In this document: positions 1-9,124 of the stretch, in pieces
Position numbering within the stretch: position 1 is the first letter of the stretch
Layout: every line of letters begins with the position of its first letter
Made by a program: the position numbers and the translations under genes
From: an uncultured Eubacteriaceae bacterium
GTDB lineage: Bacteria; Bacillota; Clostridia; Eubacteriales; Eubacteriaceae
DNA: 40,000 nucleotides
Direction of reading: 5' to 3'
Assembly: GCA_945867155.1 (NCBI GenBank)
Contig: CAMBHL010000003.1
Coordinates: forward strand, 160,099-200,098
The notes under the pieces: generated by a model
The model's database searches: none
What the model saw: only the letters and a program-made list of their open reading frames with translations
What the model was told of the DNA's origin: nothing

Positions 1-374
1 ACCACGATGAACTTCGTCCAACCGTATGCCTTGTTCAGCTCGTACATGGTCTTGATGTAGGTATAGGTTTTTCCGACGCCGGTCTCCATCTCGATGGTCA
101 GGTTGTATTTGCCCTCGAGCGACTGTGACGGCTCGATCTGACCGTCACGCTGGATCTTCCGGATATGCTCAAGTATCTGTCCGTCGGACAGCTCCGGCAC
201 GATTTTGGCGTTCGCCCAGCCGGTGAAGTCATCCGCATCCATGATGATCTGATTTTGTTCGCTGCCTCTGTCTATCATGTAGGATGGCGTGAGGTACGGC
301 TGTCCGGCGAAAACGTCCACGACGGCCTTGGCGGCGTCAGCCTGAAACTTCTGGTGCTTGAATTGCAGTTTCAT
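1..374 (-). CDS. Type III restriction-modification Res subunit (DEAD/DEAH helicase-nuclease), N-terminal fragment running off the left edge
   Basis: Manual minus-strand translation from ATG at 374 with RBS [40 protein letters not shown]...[40 protein letters not shown]. Contains Walker A (ETGVGKT) in type III Res context, 12 bp downstream of mod. Confidence 0.9.
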   Translation of the reverse strand, partial: [124 protein letters not shown]

Positions 375-386
375 TCTGCCACCTCC

Positions 387-2249
387 TTAAATAACCTTGA
401 CTCTTGTATCCGGCGCAAGCAGCTTGAAAATCTCGCCGACATTGATCTTTGCCGGACTGTTGGCGAAGCTGGAGTCGCGGAACACGGCACGCAACGGCTG
501 ACGTTTGGCAATGGTCTTGATAACTGACTCCGGCACGTTCTCATCAAAGCAAGCAATTAAATCGCCGTCATTGTAAGTGTGTACCGTGCAGCCTTCGATG
601 GTTTCAGAAGTGTACGGAAGCGACAGCGGAAGTCCCCATTCGAGCAGGCAGCCAAACAATAAATCCAAATCAGTACGGTCAGATTTAACGTTGGACTCCA
701 TCATCGTGAGCATGTCCTGCGTGTAATCTCCCGCGGCGTAATAGACATTATTCATGTTGGAGTCATCGATCTTTAGATCGCGGAAGCCGTCGTCAAACTT
801 TGCGTCAGGATTGTCCTCGTGAATCTTCTTTGCAGCGCGGCGGATGCGTTCCTTGCCGATTTCGCAGATGTTCTTGTAGCCGGCTTTGAATGCCTCGCTC
901 TTTTCGTCCGTCTCTTCCCGCAACTGCACCATGATGAACTTGCGGTGTCCACCGTCCTCGGCGTTCAGCTGCATGACGGCGTGGGCAGTCGTAGCGGAGC
1001 CAGAAAAGAAGTCGAGGATGATGTCATTTTTTTCTGTTGCATGGTAAACAAGGCGCCGTATCATTTCTACTGGCTTTACCGTATCAAATCCATTATTTGG
1101 CAAAAGTGTTTTGAGTTCGCTCTTTGCACTTTCCGCTGTTCCTATTTCTTTCGAAAAAAATCCCCAGAACGGCTGCGTCGATTCATTCCTTTCATATTCT
1201 GGACGCATTTTTATAATTGCTTTTCCATTTTCGATATACAAATCTCCTGCTTGCCTGTATTCGGCAACTTGGTCTTGACCAAGTTTCCACTGTTTCCCCG
1301 CAGGCGGAGAAACAGTGGAAACTCCATCCGTAATATCAAAAATCATGCTTTTCCGACCGCGAACGCCATTGGCATTCATGACCTCGATAGGATATTTGCG
1401 ATATACTCCTCTATCATCCTTTTCCGGATATTCTTTTTCTCCAAGTTGGATTAAATGAAACCTCCGCTTTTCTTGATTCGAGTATACAAGAATCATTTCT
1501 TCTTTCGGTTGGAGTTTATTGTAGGATGTTTTTGTATTTTGCGATTTTGTTTTCGACTCCCAATAAATTTCTCCTATAAAATGACTTTCACCAAATATCT
1601 CGTTGGCGATCGAACGCATATTAAAATTCTCGTTATAATCAATCGAAATAAAAATAACCCCATCCTCACTCAGCAAATTTCTCGCTAGCATCAGCCTTGA
1701 GTAAATCATCGAACACCAGTCAGAATGATATCGCCCTGCAGATGCCGAATTTTCGCGTTGATAATTTACATTCCCATCCTCATCAAAATACCCCGTTCCT
1801 TCGTTATAATCCTCATTGTCCATGATGAATGAATCTGGGTAAATAAAGTCGTGCCCCGTATTGTAGGGAGGATCTATGTATATCATCTTGACCTTGCCGA
1901 GATAGCTTTCCTGCAGGAGCTTCAGGACTTTGAGATTGTCTCCCTCAATATAAAGATTCTCGGTCGTATCCCAATTGACGCTGTCTTCCTTGCACGGGCG
2001 CAGGGTTTTGCGGATAGGACGGTTCGCCTCCACGATGGATGCTTTTTTGCCAACCCATGTAAACTCATAGGCCTCGTCACCGTCGATCACGCTGTCGGAC
2101 AGCATCTGCTTCAACAAATCGAAATTGATGGCTTTCTTCAAATGCCCGTTTTCATCCCGTGCCTCTGTGACGCAGTTTGGGAACAGCGCGGCGATCTTCT
2201 TGACGTTCTCCTGCTGGATGTCTTCGGATTCCATTCTCATTTTATCCAT
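387..2249 (-). CDS. Type III restriction-modification DNA methyltransferase (Mod, N6-adenine/N4-cytosine, beta-type motif order)
   Basis: 620 aa ORF with catalytic DPPYNTGHDF (motif IV) preceding DFFSGSATTAHAVM (motif I); immediately upstream of res. Confidence 0.95.
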   Translation of the reverse strand: MDKMRMESEDIQQENVKKIAALFPNCVTEARDENGHLKKAINFDLLKQMLSDSVIDGDEAYEFTWVGKKASIVEANRPIRKTLRPCKEDSVNWDTTENLYIEGDNLKVLKLLQESYLGKVKMIYIDPPYNTGHDFIYPDSFIMDNEDYNEGTGYFDEDGNVNYQRENSASAGRYHSDWCSMIYSRLMLARNLLSEDGVIFISIDYNENFNMRSIANEIFGESHFIGEIYWESKTKSQNTKTSYNKLQPKEEMILVYSNQEKRRFHLIQLGEKEYPEKDDRGVYRKYPIEVMNANGVRGRKSMIFDITDGVSTVSPPAGKQWKLGQDQVAEYRQAGDLYIENGKAIIKMRPEYERNESTQPFWGFFSKEIGTAESAKSELKTLLPNNGFDTVKPVEMIRRLVYHATEKNDIILDFFSGSATTAHAVMQLNAEDGGHRKFIMVQLREETDEKSEAFKAGYKNICEIGKERIRRAAKKIHEDNPDAKFDDGFRDLKIDDSNMNNVYYAAGDYTQDMLTMMESNVKSDRTDLDLLFGCLLEWGLPLSLPYTSETIEGCTVHTYNDGDLIACFDENVPESVIKTIAKRQPLRAVFRDSSFANSPAKINVGEIFKLLAPDTRVKVI

Positions 2250-2251
2250 TA

Positions 2252-3136
2252 TCAGTTTCCTCCTTGCAGTTGCTTTCTATAATCGCCAATTTGGTAGATG
2301 GCTGCTTTCAGAACTTGCAAACATATTAATGCTGTCTGCATATCTGGGGTAAATCTCGTAGCCAATTGAGAATAGGGATGAATATAATTCCTGAAATCTC
2401 GAACCACATGACTGAATTTCTTCACATCTTGTTTCAAGAATCCCAATTCAGCAGCAACATCAATGTAGTTACTAAGTGTCCATTCTTGAAATTTCTTCGT
2501 GCTTCCATCTTTGCTCTTAGGCGCACAGTTAGCTTGATTAAATAATCGCGGATATGAAGTAGCAACACCCAGTAATATTCCTTCCATAATGCCACCTATC
2601 ATAATTACAGACGATAGAGGTGCATTAGATGCCACACAGTTTTCTGCTTCTTTCAATCGCTCTTTTATTAGTTCATTTAATTCGGCTGAAAGGCCTATAC
2701 TTTCTATGTTGATATTAAATGTCTGACTTAAGAACTCATCAGTTGTTTCTATAGTCTGCTTTTTCGAAGAGTCCACGATTACCCGGTCATGCTTTTTAAA
2801 TGTTATTACATCGTTATTGCGAACAACCTCCCATTTATCAAAAGCAAGATACTGATTAAAATGTGCTATCTGTTTGTCGAGGTAATCAATCCGTTCTATG
2901 TAATCAATAACTGCAAATACCTTCTTAATACACTTATCAAGTTCTGGCGTCCCATTTATGGCAGCAAGTTTCTGATCTGTATAGACCCATCTTGAAGGAA
3001 ATCCTTGACCATACACATCATCAAATCCCAGATCATTGAAAAAGTCGACTAACTGCGGTCCACTTCGATAATCCCCAGTATTGTCACCATTTATTATTTT
3101 TCTAAGTTCCTCAAGCGTACGCTTGCTTAATTGCAT
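2252..3136 (-). CDS. HEPN/abortive-infection-C-terminal-like protein of unknown function
   Basis: 294 aa ORF. C-terminal region IMIGGIMEGILLGVA...LSNYIDVAAELGFLKQDVKKFSHVVRDFRNYIHPYSQ resembles HEPN/abortive-infection C-terminal regions (RxxxxH-like RDFRNYIH). Overlaps the upstream gene by 10 bp; its stop lies 2 bp before the mod start. Confidence 0.6.
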   Translation of the reverse strand: MQLSKRTLEELRKIINGDNTGDYRSGPQLVDFFNDLGFDDVYGQGFPSRWVYTDQKLAAINGTPELDKCIKKVFAVIDYIERIDYLDKQIAHFNQYLAFDKWEVVRNNDVITFKKHDRVIVDSSKKQTIETTDEFLSQTFNINIESIGLSAELNELIKERLKEAENCVASNAPLSSVIMIGGIMEGILLGVATSYPRLFNQANCAPKSKDGSTKKFQEWTLSNYIDVAAELGFLKQDVKKFSHVVRDFRNYIHPYSQLATRFTPDMQTALICLQVLKAAIYQIGDYRKQLQGGN

Positions 3137-3792
3137 GTATCAAGTCCCTCCAGTTCTTTCCTGAGCTTCTTCAGCTCCGCGTTCATTTCCATCTGTCGGT
3201 TCAGCTGCTTTTCCTTGCGAATCTTTGCCTGCAGCTTACTTATTTGTTTTTGCAATTCGTCCCGGCGGTCATCCCTCGCTACGGATTCCTTCAGCGTTTC
3301 CTGCGGTGTCGATGTTTGCAGGGTATCGCCCGCAATCTGACGAACGAAGTTCTCATAAACAGCATCTATGTTCAGGCCGTCCAGATGTACTGGCAGTTCA
3401 TTTTCTAATACCCATCCGGTCTGGTAATATCGGTCAACCTTGAACGCGGCTTTACCGCTACCTGCGGCTTCCTTGTAACCGATCACTGCTTTGTATTTCC
3501 CGTCATATTCCAGTACAAACAAGATGTGGTACGGTATCTCACGGTCGATCTGCCTGAGCACATTCTCGTCAAGCGTGTCCTGGTTCAGGCGGACAAGCAA
3601 TACCTCAATCTCTGTGACGGCTTTCCCCTCCGCCAGATTGACAGTGGACGGCGCAATTTTGTTCGCCCAGTAGATAATCCGTATCTGGTCAACAAAGCTG
3701 CGCTTCAGAGCCGGGCTGATGGTCAGATTGTCATAAAACTTCTGTTTAGGGATCCGCTTGTTGAACTCCGTGGATTTCGGCAATCCCAGCAT
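3127..3792 (-). CDS. DUF4391 domain-containing protein
   Basis: 221 aa; N-term MLGLPKSTEFNKRIPKQKFYDNLTISPALKRSFVDQIRIIYWANKIAPSTVNL plus C-terminal coiled coil LQKQISKLQAKIRKEKQLNRQMEMNAELKKLRKELE, matching my recollection of DUF4391 proteins linked to R-M and helicase genes. Confidence 0.8.
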   Translation of the reverse strand: MLGLPKSTEFNKRIPKQKFYDNLTISPALKRSFVDQIRIIYWANKIAPSTVNLAEGKAVTEIEVLLVRLNQDTLDENVLRQIDREIPYHILFVLEYDGKYKAVIGYKEAAGSGKAAFKVDRYYQTGWVLENELPVHLDGLNIDAVYENFVRQIAGDTLQTSTPQETLKESVARDDRRDELQKQISKLQAKIRKEKQLNRQMEMNAELKKLRKELEGLDTCN

Positions 3793-3803
3793 ATGCTCCT
3801 CCT

Positions 3804-6800
3804 TTACATTACCACGAGGAAGGTCACCAGTTCAAAGTCATCGATGCCTTTTACCTCCGAAAGCAAGGCAGATGTGCCGCCGCTCTTGAAGAGGCTGTCG
3901 ATGTCGCTTTCCTCCTTGGTATCTATGATTGAATTGATGGCATCGGACAGCAGCGCTGACATTTCACTCATGTTCCTGCCATCATCGGTTTTTTTATTAA
4001 AACGGTCGCAGACCTCCACAATCGGTTCAGCTTTTCCACGGCACAGAAGCCTCATATCATCAAGCAGCTTCTTCGGATTCAGATAGTCGCAGACGATTTC
4101 ACCTTCCAGACTGATATAGACCATATAGAACGGATGAATGCGATTCAGACTGTCAATGTTCACACCATTGTTGCGATTCTTCAGTACGAAAAGCACTCCT
4201 TCTGGCAGGTCTTCCGTCTTCTTCACCACGGAATGCAGACCGAATGGCATGTGGTCGAGATCCGGATGCGTTTTGATGTATTCGAGAAGATCAAGTCTAA
4301 ATTCATTAAGACCGAGATCCATGATGGATATCCCGCCTGACATGTCTTCCAGATCCACCACTTCGGTCTGCAACTTCTTAAGCTGTTCGCGGCGATATTC
4401 CAGGTCTCCTTTTTCTTCCGGGCTGATCGGATTGTCGTCACCGGTAGATGTCAGAACGGAAATTTTCATCCTCGTTTCCACACGGGCTTTCAGATTAATG
4501 TACTCGTCAAGCGTCAAATCCGGCCAGAAGTTCACGAGCTGGATCTGCTTGTTCCTGCTGCCAATTCGATCTATACGTCCAAACCGCTGGATAATACGCA
4601 CTGGATTCCAGTGAATGTCGTAGTTGACGCAGTAGTCGCAGTCCTGCAGGTTCTGGCCTTCGGAGATGCAGTCGGTTGCGATCAAGATATCGATGTCCTT
4701 CTTGCTCCCCGGCATAAGGACGTCTCGATCCTTGGAAACCGGCGAGAAGCATGTGAGGATGTTGTTGAACGTCGCCTTGAAGTTCTTCAGCGTGGTTCTG
4801 CCGTCGACCGTGCCACTGATCATACCGGTATTTAGGCCGTACTTTTCCATAACATACCGGCTGACATTGTCGTACAGATACTCCGCTGTATCAGAGAATG
4901 CTGTGAAAATCAGCACCTTCCTGTTGCCAGGGTTGATCGGATTCTCAATCTTCTGTGAGATGAGCTTGTAGAGCTCCTGCAGCTTCGTGTCATGTTCCGG
5001 CGTAATATCCGCAATCATGAGAATCAGAAGTTCGAGCGTATCCGCATCCTTTTGCAGCACGTCCTTCCAGCTCTTGTAATCCATATCGACAAGGTCAATC
5101 TTCACTTTACGTCCGACAGTGAAGTAGTCGGTGTTCTGGTCCTCCATGTCGAAATCGTCGGAATCAGCTTCATACATGTCGATGTTGGCTTTTCCATATT
5201 TCTCGTACTGAGTGATTCCCTCGATTGTCTCCATAATGAATTTGCGGATGCGTTCCAGTGTAAGCCGGAAGGATGAGACCGAGCTTTCCAGCCGCTTGAG
5301 GAGATTGACACTCATCAGCCTGCGGATACCTTCTTCACGTCCAGACTGCGTCAGATTGTTTCCCTTGTGATGTGTCAGATCAATATATTTCTGCATCTTG
5401 CTCGGGAAGATATAGGCAGAAGGCGTGTAAATCTCCAGCTGAAGCTGAGAAAGCTGTTCATATATTTCGTTGTAGTTAATGGCGCTCGGAAGATCCGTCA
5501 GGCTCGGCCTAAGTGAGATTGGTTTGCGCCGTTCCGGGAACTTGCCGATCTTCTCCGTGTTGTAGTATTTCTCGATATGTTTTCGTGACCGTGCAATGGT
5601 TACAGAGTCGAGCACTTCAAAGAAATCAAAATCCAGTCGGCGCAGCAGGTTATCCGTTGTCCGTTCCTCAGCTGGGAGCTTGCTCCAAGCGTTGAATGCG
5701 GTCTGGGCCTGGCGGAATATCTCGTCGATCGACTTTGACGTATTCAACTTCTCATCAATCAACTCCGGCGTTCCTTCATATGCTAGAGCAAGTTGATTCT
5801 TGAGGTCGTTAAAGCGGTTATTGACAGGAGTTGCTGACAGCATGAGTACTTTCGTCTTCACTCCAGCGCGTACAACTTTATTCAGAAGTTTTAGATAGCG
5901 GTTTTCCTTCTGGTCCTCACCGGAAAGTTCTCCGCCGTTTCGGAAGTTATGCGACTCGTCAATAACCACAAGATCATAGTTTCCCCAGTTGAGCCGGTCG
6001 AGATCAAGCCCGTTTGATGTGCCATGGTCACGAGAAAGATCCGTATGGAAAAGGACATCGTATCGCAGCCTGTCAGCGGCAATCGGATTGTTGACGTAGT
6101 TGTCCTTGTAGGTATTCCAGTTCTCCGCCAGCTTCTTCGGGCAGAGAACAAGCACGGACTTGTTTCTGTTCTCATAGTATTTGATGACAGCGAGAGCCGT
6201 GAACGTCTTTCCAAGACCGACGCTGTCAGCGAGGATGCAGCCGTTGTACTTCTCTAGCTTGTTGATTATGGCGAGCGCAGCATCCTTCTGGAAATCGTAA
6301 AGCATATCCCAGATTTTGCTGTTCTTAAAACCGGTTGCTTCGTTCGGCAGCACGTCCTCAGAGACGTCCTCCAGAAATTCACTGAATACGTTATAAAGCG
6401 TAATGAAGTAGATCAGCTCCGGCGAATTTTCATTATAAGCAGTCGTAATGTTTTCCAAAACAACATCAGTGACGTCCTGCAGCTTTTCTTTATCGTTCCA
6501 AAGAGAATCGAAGACCTGCAAGTACTGCGCCGCGAATGGAGTCTCGAGGCTGTTCACCATATTGTAGCTATTGTTGCCACGTTCGCATCCAATATCTACC
6601 GTCGTGAATCCGTTCAAAGGCATGTAAGCTATTTTTTCAGTTCCAGAGTCGGTAACCATAAATCCGGCCATGTTCTCGCCAGTTGTATTTGATTTAAATG
6701 TGGCCTTTCTCCTGATCCAGTCGGCGCACTCTTTTGCGATTGCCTTCTGCGTCATTTCATTACGCAGCTTAATTTCAAATTCCGTGCCGTAAAGACTCTG

Positions 6801-7148
6801 CTCACGAGTAAGCCGAGGAATATAAAACTCGCGCTTCTGCTTTTTCGATTTCTCTGTTACAAAGGTCGGCGATGTGAAGATGAAGCGGAACTCATCAATG
6901 CTTTCGAGCTGCTTTTTCAATTCACTATAGGCATACATAGAAAAGCAAGCCGCTGCCACGGAAACCTTGCTATTCCGCTTTATCGTTTTTTCCATGTCAT
7001 CTCGAACGATGTTCGTGACATTATCAAATACCTTCATTAACTTTTCTCGCCTTCCATATGTAATCTCTTTATCATATACGACCTGTTGATGAAAGTAAGC
7101 ATTATGCGTCAGGATAAAGATCTGTTCAATGTACCAATCACGAGTCAC
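3804..7148 (-). CDS. SNF2/DEAD-family helicase with N-terminal PLD-like domain (defence-associated)
   Basis: 1114 aa; Walker A LADSVGLGKTFTAL, DEAH-box VIDESHNFRN, SAT motif MLSATPVNNR, motif VI QRFGRIDRIGSRN. GTG start at 7148; the start codon is uncertain (weak RBS). Confidence 0.85.
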   Translation of the reverse strand: MTRDWYIEQIFILTHNAYFHQQVVYDKEITYGRREKLMKVFDNVTNIVRDDMEKTIKRNSKVSVAAACFSMYAYSELKKQLESIDEFRFIFTSPTFVTEKSKKQKREFYIPRLTREQSLYGTEFEIKLRNEMTQKAIAKECADWIRRKATFKSNTTGENMAGFMVTDSGTEKIAYMPLNGFTTVDIGCERGNNSYNMVNSLETPFAAQYLQVFDSLWNDKEKLQDVTDVVLENITTAYNENSPELIYFITLYNVFSEFLEDVSEDVLPNEATGFKNSKIWDMLYDFQKDAALAIINKLEKYNGCILADSVGLGKTFTALAVIKYYENRNKSVLVLCPKKLAENWNTYKDNYVNNPIAADRLRYDVLFHTDLSRDHGTSNGLDLDRLNWGNYDLVVIDESHNFRNGGELSGEDQKENRYLKLLNKVVRAGVKTKVLMLSATPVNNRFNDLKNQLALAYEGTPELIDEKLNTSKSIDEIFRQAQTAFNAWSKLPAEERTTDNLLRRLDFDFFEVLDSVTIARSRKHIEKYYNTEKIGKFPERRKPISLRPSLTDLPSAINYNEIYEQLSQLQLEIYTPSAYIFPSKMQKYIDLTHHKGNNLTQSGREEGIRRLMSVNLLKRLESSVSSFRLTLERIRKFIMETIEGITQYEKYGKANIDMYEADSDDFDMEDQNTDYFTVGRKVKIDLVDMDYKSWKDVLQKDADTLELLILMIADITPEHDTKLQELYKLISQKIENPINPGNRKVLIFTAFSDTAEYLYDNVSRYVMEKYGLNTGMISGTVDGRTTLKNFKATFNNILTCFSPVSKDRDVLMPGSKKDIDILIATDCISEGQNLQDCDYCVNYDIHWNPVRIIQRFGRIDRIGSRNKQIQLVNFWPDLTLDEYINLKARVETRMKISVLTSTGDDNPISPEEKGDLEYRREQLKKLQTEVVDLEDMSGGISIMDLGLNEFRLDLLEYIKTHPDLDHMPFGLHSVVKKTEDLPEGVLFVLKNRNNGVNIDSLNRIHPFYMVYISLEGEIVCDYLNPKKLLDDMRLLCRGKAEPIVEVCDRFNKKTDDGRNMSEMSALLSDAINSIIDTKEESDIDSLFKSGGTSALLSEVKGIDDFELVTFLVVM

Positions 7149-7295
7149 AACCTATCAAATATCTAATCACGAGTCTCAACCCTATAAAACAGCTCGATCG
7201 ATAAGTTCCCCCAGAGGGTTTTTTCTTAATTGAACCATCCTTTTGCAAAAAGTCAGGTGTGCAGGAATGGCTTAAAATAAGGCTTTTCTCACTCC

Positions 7296-8675
7296 TTAGT
7301 CCCTGACCCTTGACATCAATGCTACCGTCTCAACATGCCCAGTCCCCGGAAACATATTAACCGGTGTTGCTTCAATCAGTTCATATCCGGCTTTTTTCAA
7401 AATCCCCACATCCCGGGCCAATGTTGCAGGATCACAGGAAACGTACACGATTTTGGGGATACGGCAGGCGATCAAACTGTCGAGCAAGGTTCGCGCACAA
7501 CCCTTTCTCGGCGGATCAACGACAGCGACGTCGGCGCGGCTGCCCTGCCTGATCTGTTCGGGCATCACGTCCTCTGCCTTGCCGCAGATAAAGGAAATAT
7601 TTTGAATGTGGTTGCGCTTCGCATTTTTGCGTGCATCTTCGACGGCTTCTGGAACGATTTCAACGCCAAGCACCCGTTCGGCGTCCTTAGCCATGCAAAT
7701 ACCGATGGTACCAGTCCCACAGTACAAATCCCAGAGGGTTTCTGTCCCCGTCAAAGCTGCATACCTTTTTGCCTTTTCATAAAGCTTTTCTGCCTGAATG
7801 GTATTAACCTGGAAAAAAGACTGGGGTGAAATGTTAAAGGTGTAGCCGCACAATCTTTCTTCGATAAACGCTTCGCCGGCTAAAAGCTCCGTCTTCGTTC
7901 CCAAAACGCGATTGTTGGGCTTGGTGTGGATATTGAGCATAAGGCTCTTCAATTGTGGCAGGCCTTCAAAAATTTGCACAGTCTGTCTTTTCTGCTCGGA
8001 TGATAAATCGTGACTGACAACCGGCACCACCATCACGTCGCCTTGGCGGTTCGTTCGGAGCAGAAAACCGCGCACATCCCCTCGCCGGCTTTTTTCATCG
8101 TAAGGTGTGAGCTTAAGTGCCGCCATCCATTTCCGACACACCGCCAAGACCGGTCCCAAAGGCCGCTTTTGATTCAGACAGTCGCCAATGGGTACCACTG
8201 CATGACTGCCCTTTTGAAAAAAGCCAATTCCCGCATCTGACACTTTGAGCTGCGCTTTATTGCGATAGCGGATTGGCTGCTCCATCCCGATTGTCGACCG
8301 AACTTTCTCAGCCGCATCTGTCAACCCACCAATATGTTTAAATGCGTTGATCACCGTCTGTCGTTTGAGCTCATTTTCGCAGGACGCTGTCAAATGCAGC
8401 CATTGACAGCCACCGCATTTTGGAAAAGCTGGACAATCCGGCGTCTTTCGGTTCTTTGAGTCCGCAAGGATCTGACTCATTTTGCCTTTCAGATATTGCT
8501 GTTTGACCGCCGTCAATTCAACCTCAACGGTCTCGCCAACAACCGCCCCATCGACAAAAAGGGCCTGCCCCTGAACGTGGCCGACCCCTTCTCCCCGCCG
8601 CGTCATGTCGGAAATGGTCACCTCAAGGTGATCGCCGACGCGGTGAGGGTTTATTGGTTTGTGCTTTTTTTTCAT
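7296..8675 (-). CDS. rlmD: 23S rRNA (uracil-C5)-methyltransferase, RlmD/RumA family
   Basis: 459 aa; TRAM-like N-terminus, Fe-S cysteines CPAFPKCGGCQW, motifs LYCGTGTIGI, VDPPRKGC and YVSCDPATLARD. Confidence 0.9.
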   Translation of the reverse strand: MKKKHKPINPHRVGDHLEVTISDMTRRGEGVGHVQGQALFVDGAVVGETVEVELTAVKQQYLKGKMSQILADSKNRKTPDCPAFPKCGGCQWLHLTASCENELKRQTVINAFKHIGGLTDAAEKVRSTIGMEQPIRYRNKAQLKVSDAGIGFFQKGSHAVVPIGDCLNQKRPLGPVLAVCRKWMAALKLTPYDEKSRRGDVRGFLLRTNRQGDVMVVPVVSHDLSSEQKRQTVQIFEGLPQLKSLMLNIHTKPNNRVLGTKTELLAGEAFIEERLCGYTFNISPQSFFQVNTIQAEKLYEKAKRYAALTGTETLWDLYCGTGTIGICMAKDAERVLGVEIVPEAVEDARKNAKRNHIQNISFICGKAEDVMPEQIRQGSRADVAVVDPPRKGCARTLLDSLIACRIPKIVYVSCDPATLARDVGILKKAGYELIEATPVNMFPGTGHVETVALMSRVRD

Positions 8676-9124
8676 CAGTCTTCGTCCGTTTTGGGATGGT
8701 TGTCCATGGTGCGGATCGCCTGCTTGCGAAGGGTCGCCTTTATGGCCGAAAACGTCTCATCGCTGATGATATGTTCGATCCCGCAGGCATCATTTTCTGC
8801 AATTTCCGGCGAGACATTTAAAAAGTTGCGAATGAACTTCGTAATCGTCACATGTCGGTCATACACTTCTTTCGCCGTTTCAAGGCCCGCTTCGCTGAGG
8901 TAGATCCGGCCGTAGCGTTCGTGGCGCACCAGCCCCCGGTCCGCCATTTTTTTAACCGCATCGGTGGCGCTCGCCTTGGTCACGCCCATGGCCTGAGCCA
9001 GGTCTGTGATGCGCACACCCGTGTTGCTGCCCAAATAATTCAAGTAAATTTCTTCCAAATAATCTTCGATGGATTCGGTAAAGCGTTTTCCTGTTTTACC
9101 GCTTACTTCTGGTCGATACACCAT
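8675..9124 (-). CDS. DtxR/MntR family metal-dependent transcriptional regulator
   Basis: Start at MVYRPEV inside ORF 8675..9178; winged helix ESIEDYLEEIYLNYLGSNTGVRITDLAQAMGVTKASATDAVKKMADRGLVRHERYGRIYLSEAG; stop overlaps the rlmD start (ATGA). Confidence 0.85.
   Translation of the reverse strand: MVYRPEVSGKTGKRFTESIEDYLEEIYLNYLGSNTGVRITDLAQAMGVTKASATDAVKKMADRGLVRHERYGRIYLSEAGLETAKEVYDRHVTITKFIRNFLNVSPEIAENDACGIEHIISDETFSAIKATLRKQAIRTMDNHPKTDED

Noticed and set aside
165-527. 120 aa plus-strand ORF
   Set aside because: Antisense to res start and mod end; the minus strand shows clear Walker A and RBS-ATG evidence.
2789-2995. Possible small toxin or antisense peptide opposite the HEPN-like gene (68 aa)
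   Set aside because: No Shine-Dalgarno or promoter seen; composition matches a mirror frame of the 2252..3136 gene.
4134-4614. Multiple overlapping plus-strand ORFs inside the helicase gene (4134..4340, 4138..4614, 4611..4835, 4666..4971, 4992..5276)
   Set aside because: All antisense to a continuous 1114 aa helicase with ordered motifs; no independent coding evidence.
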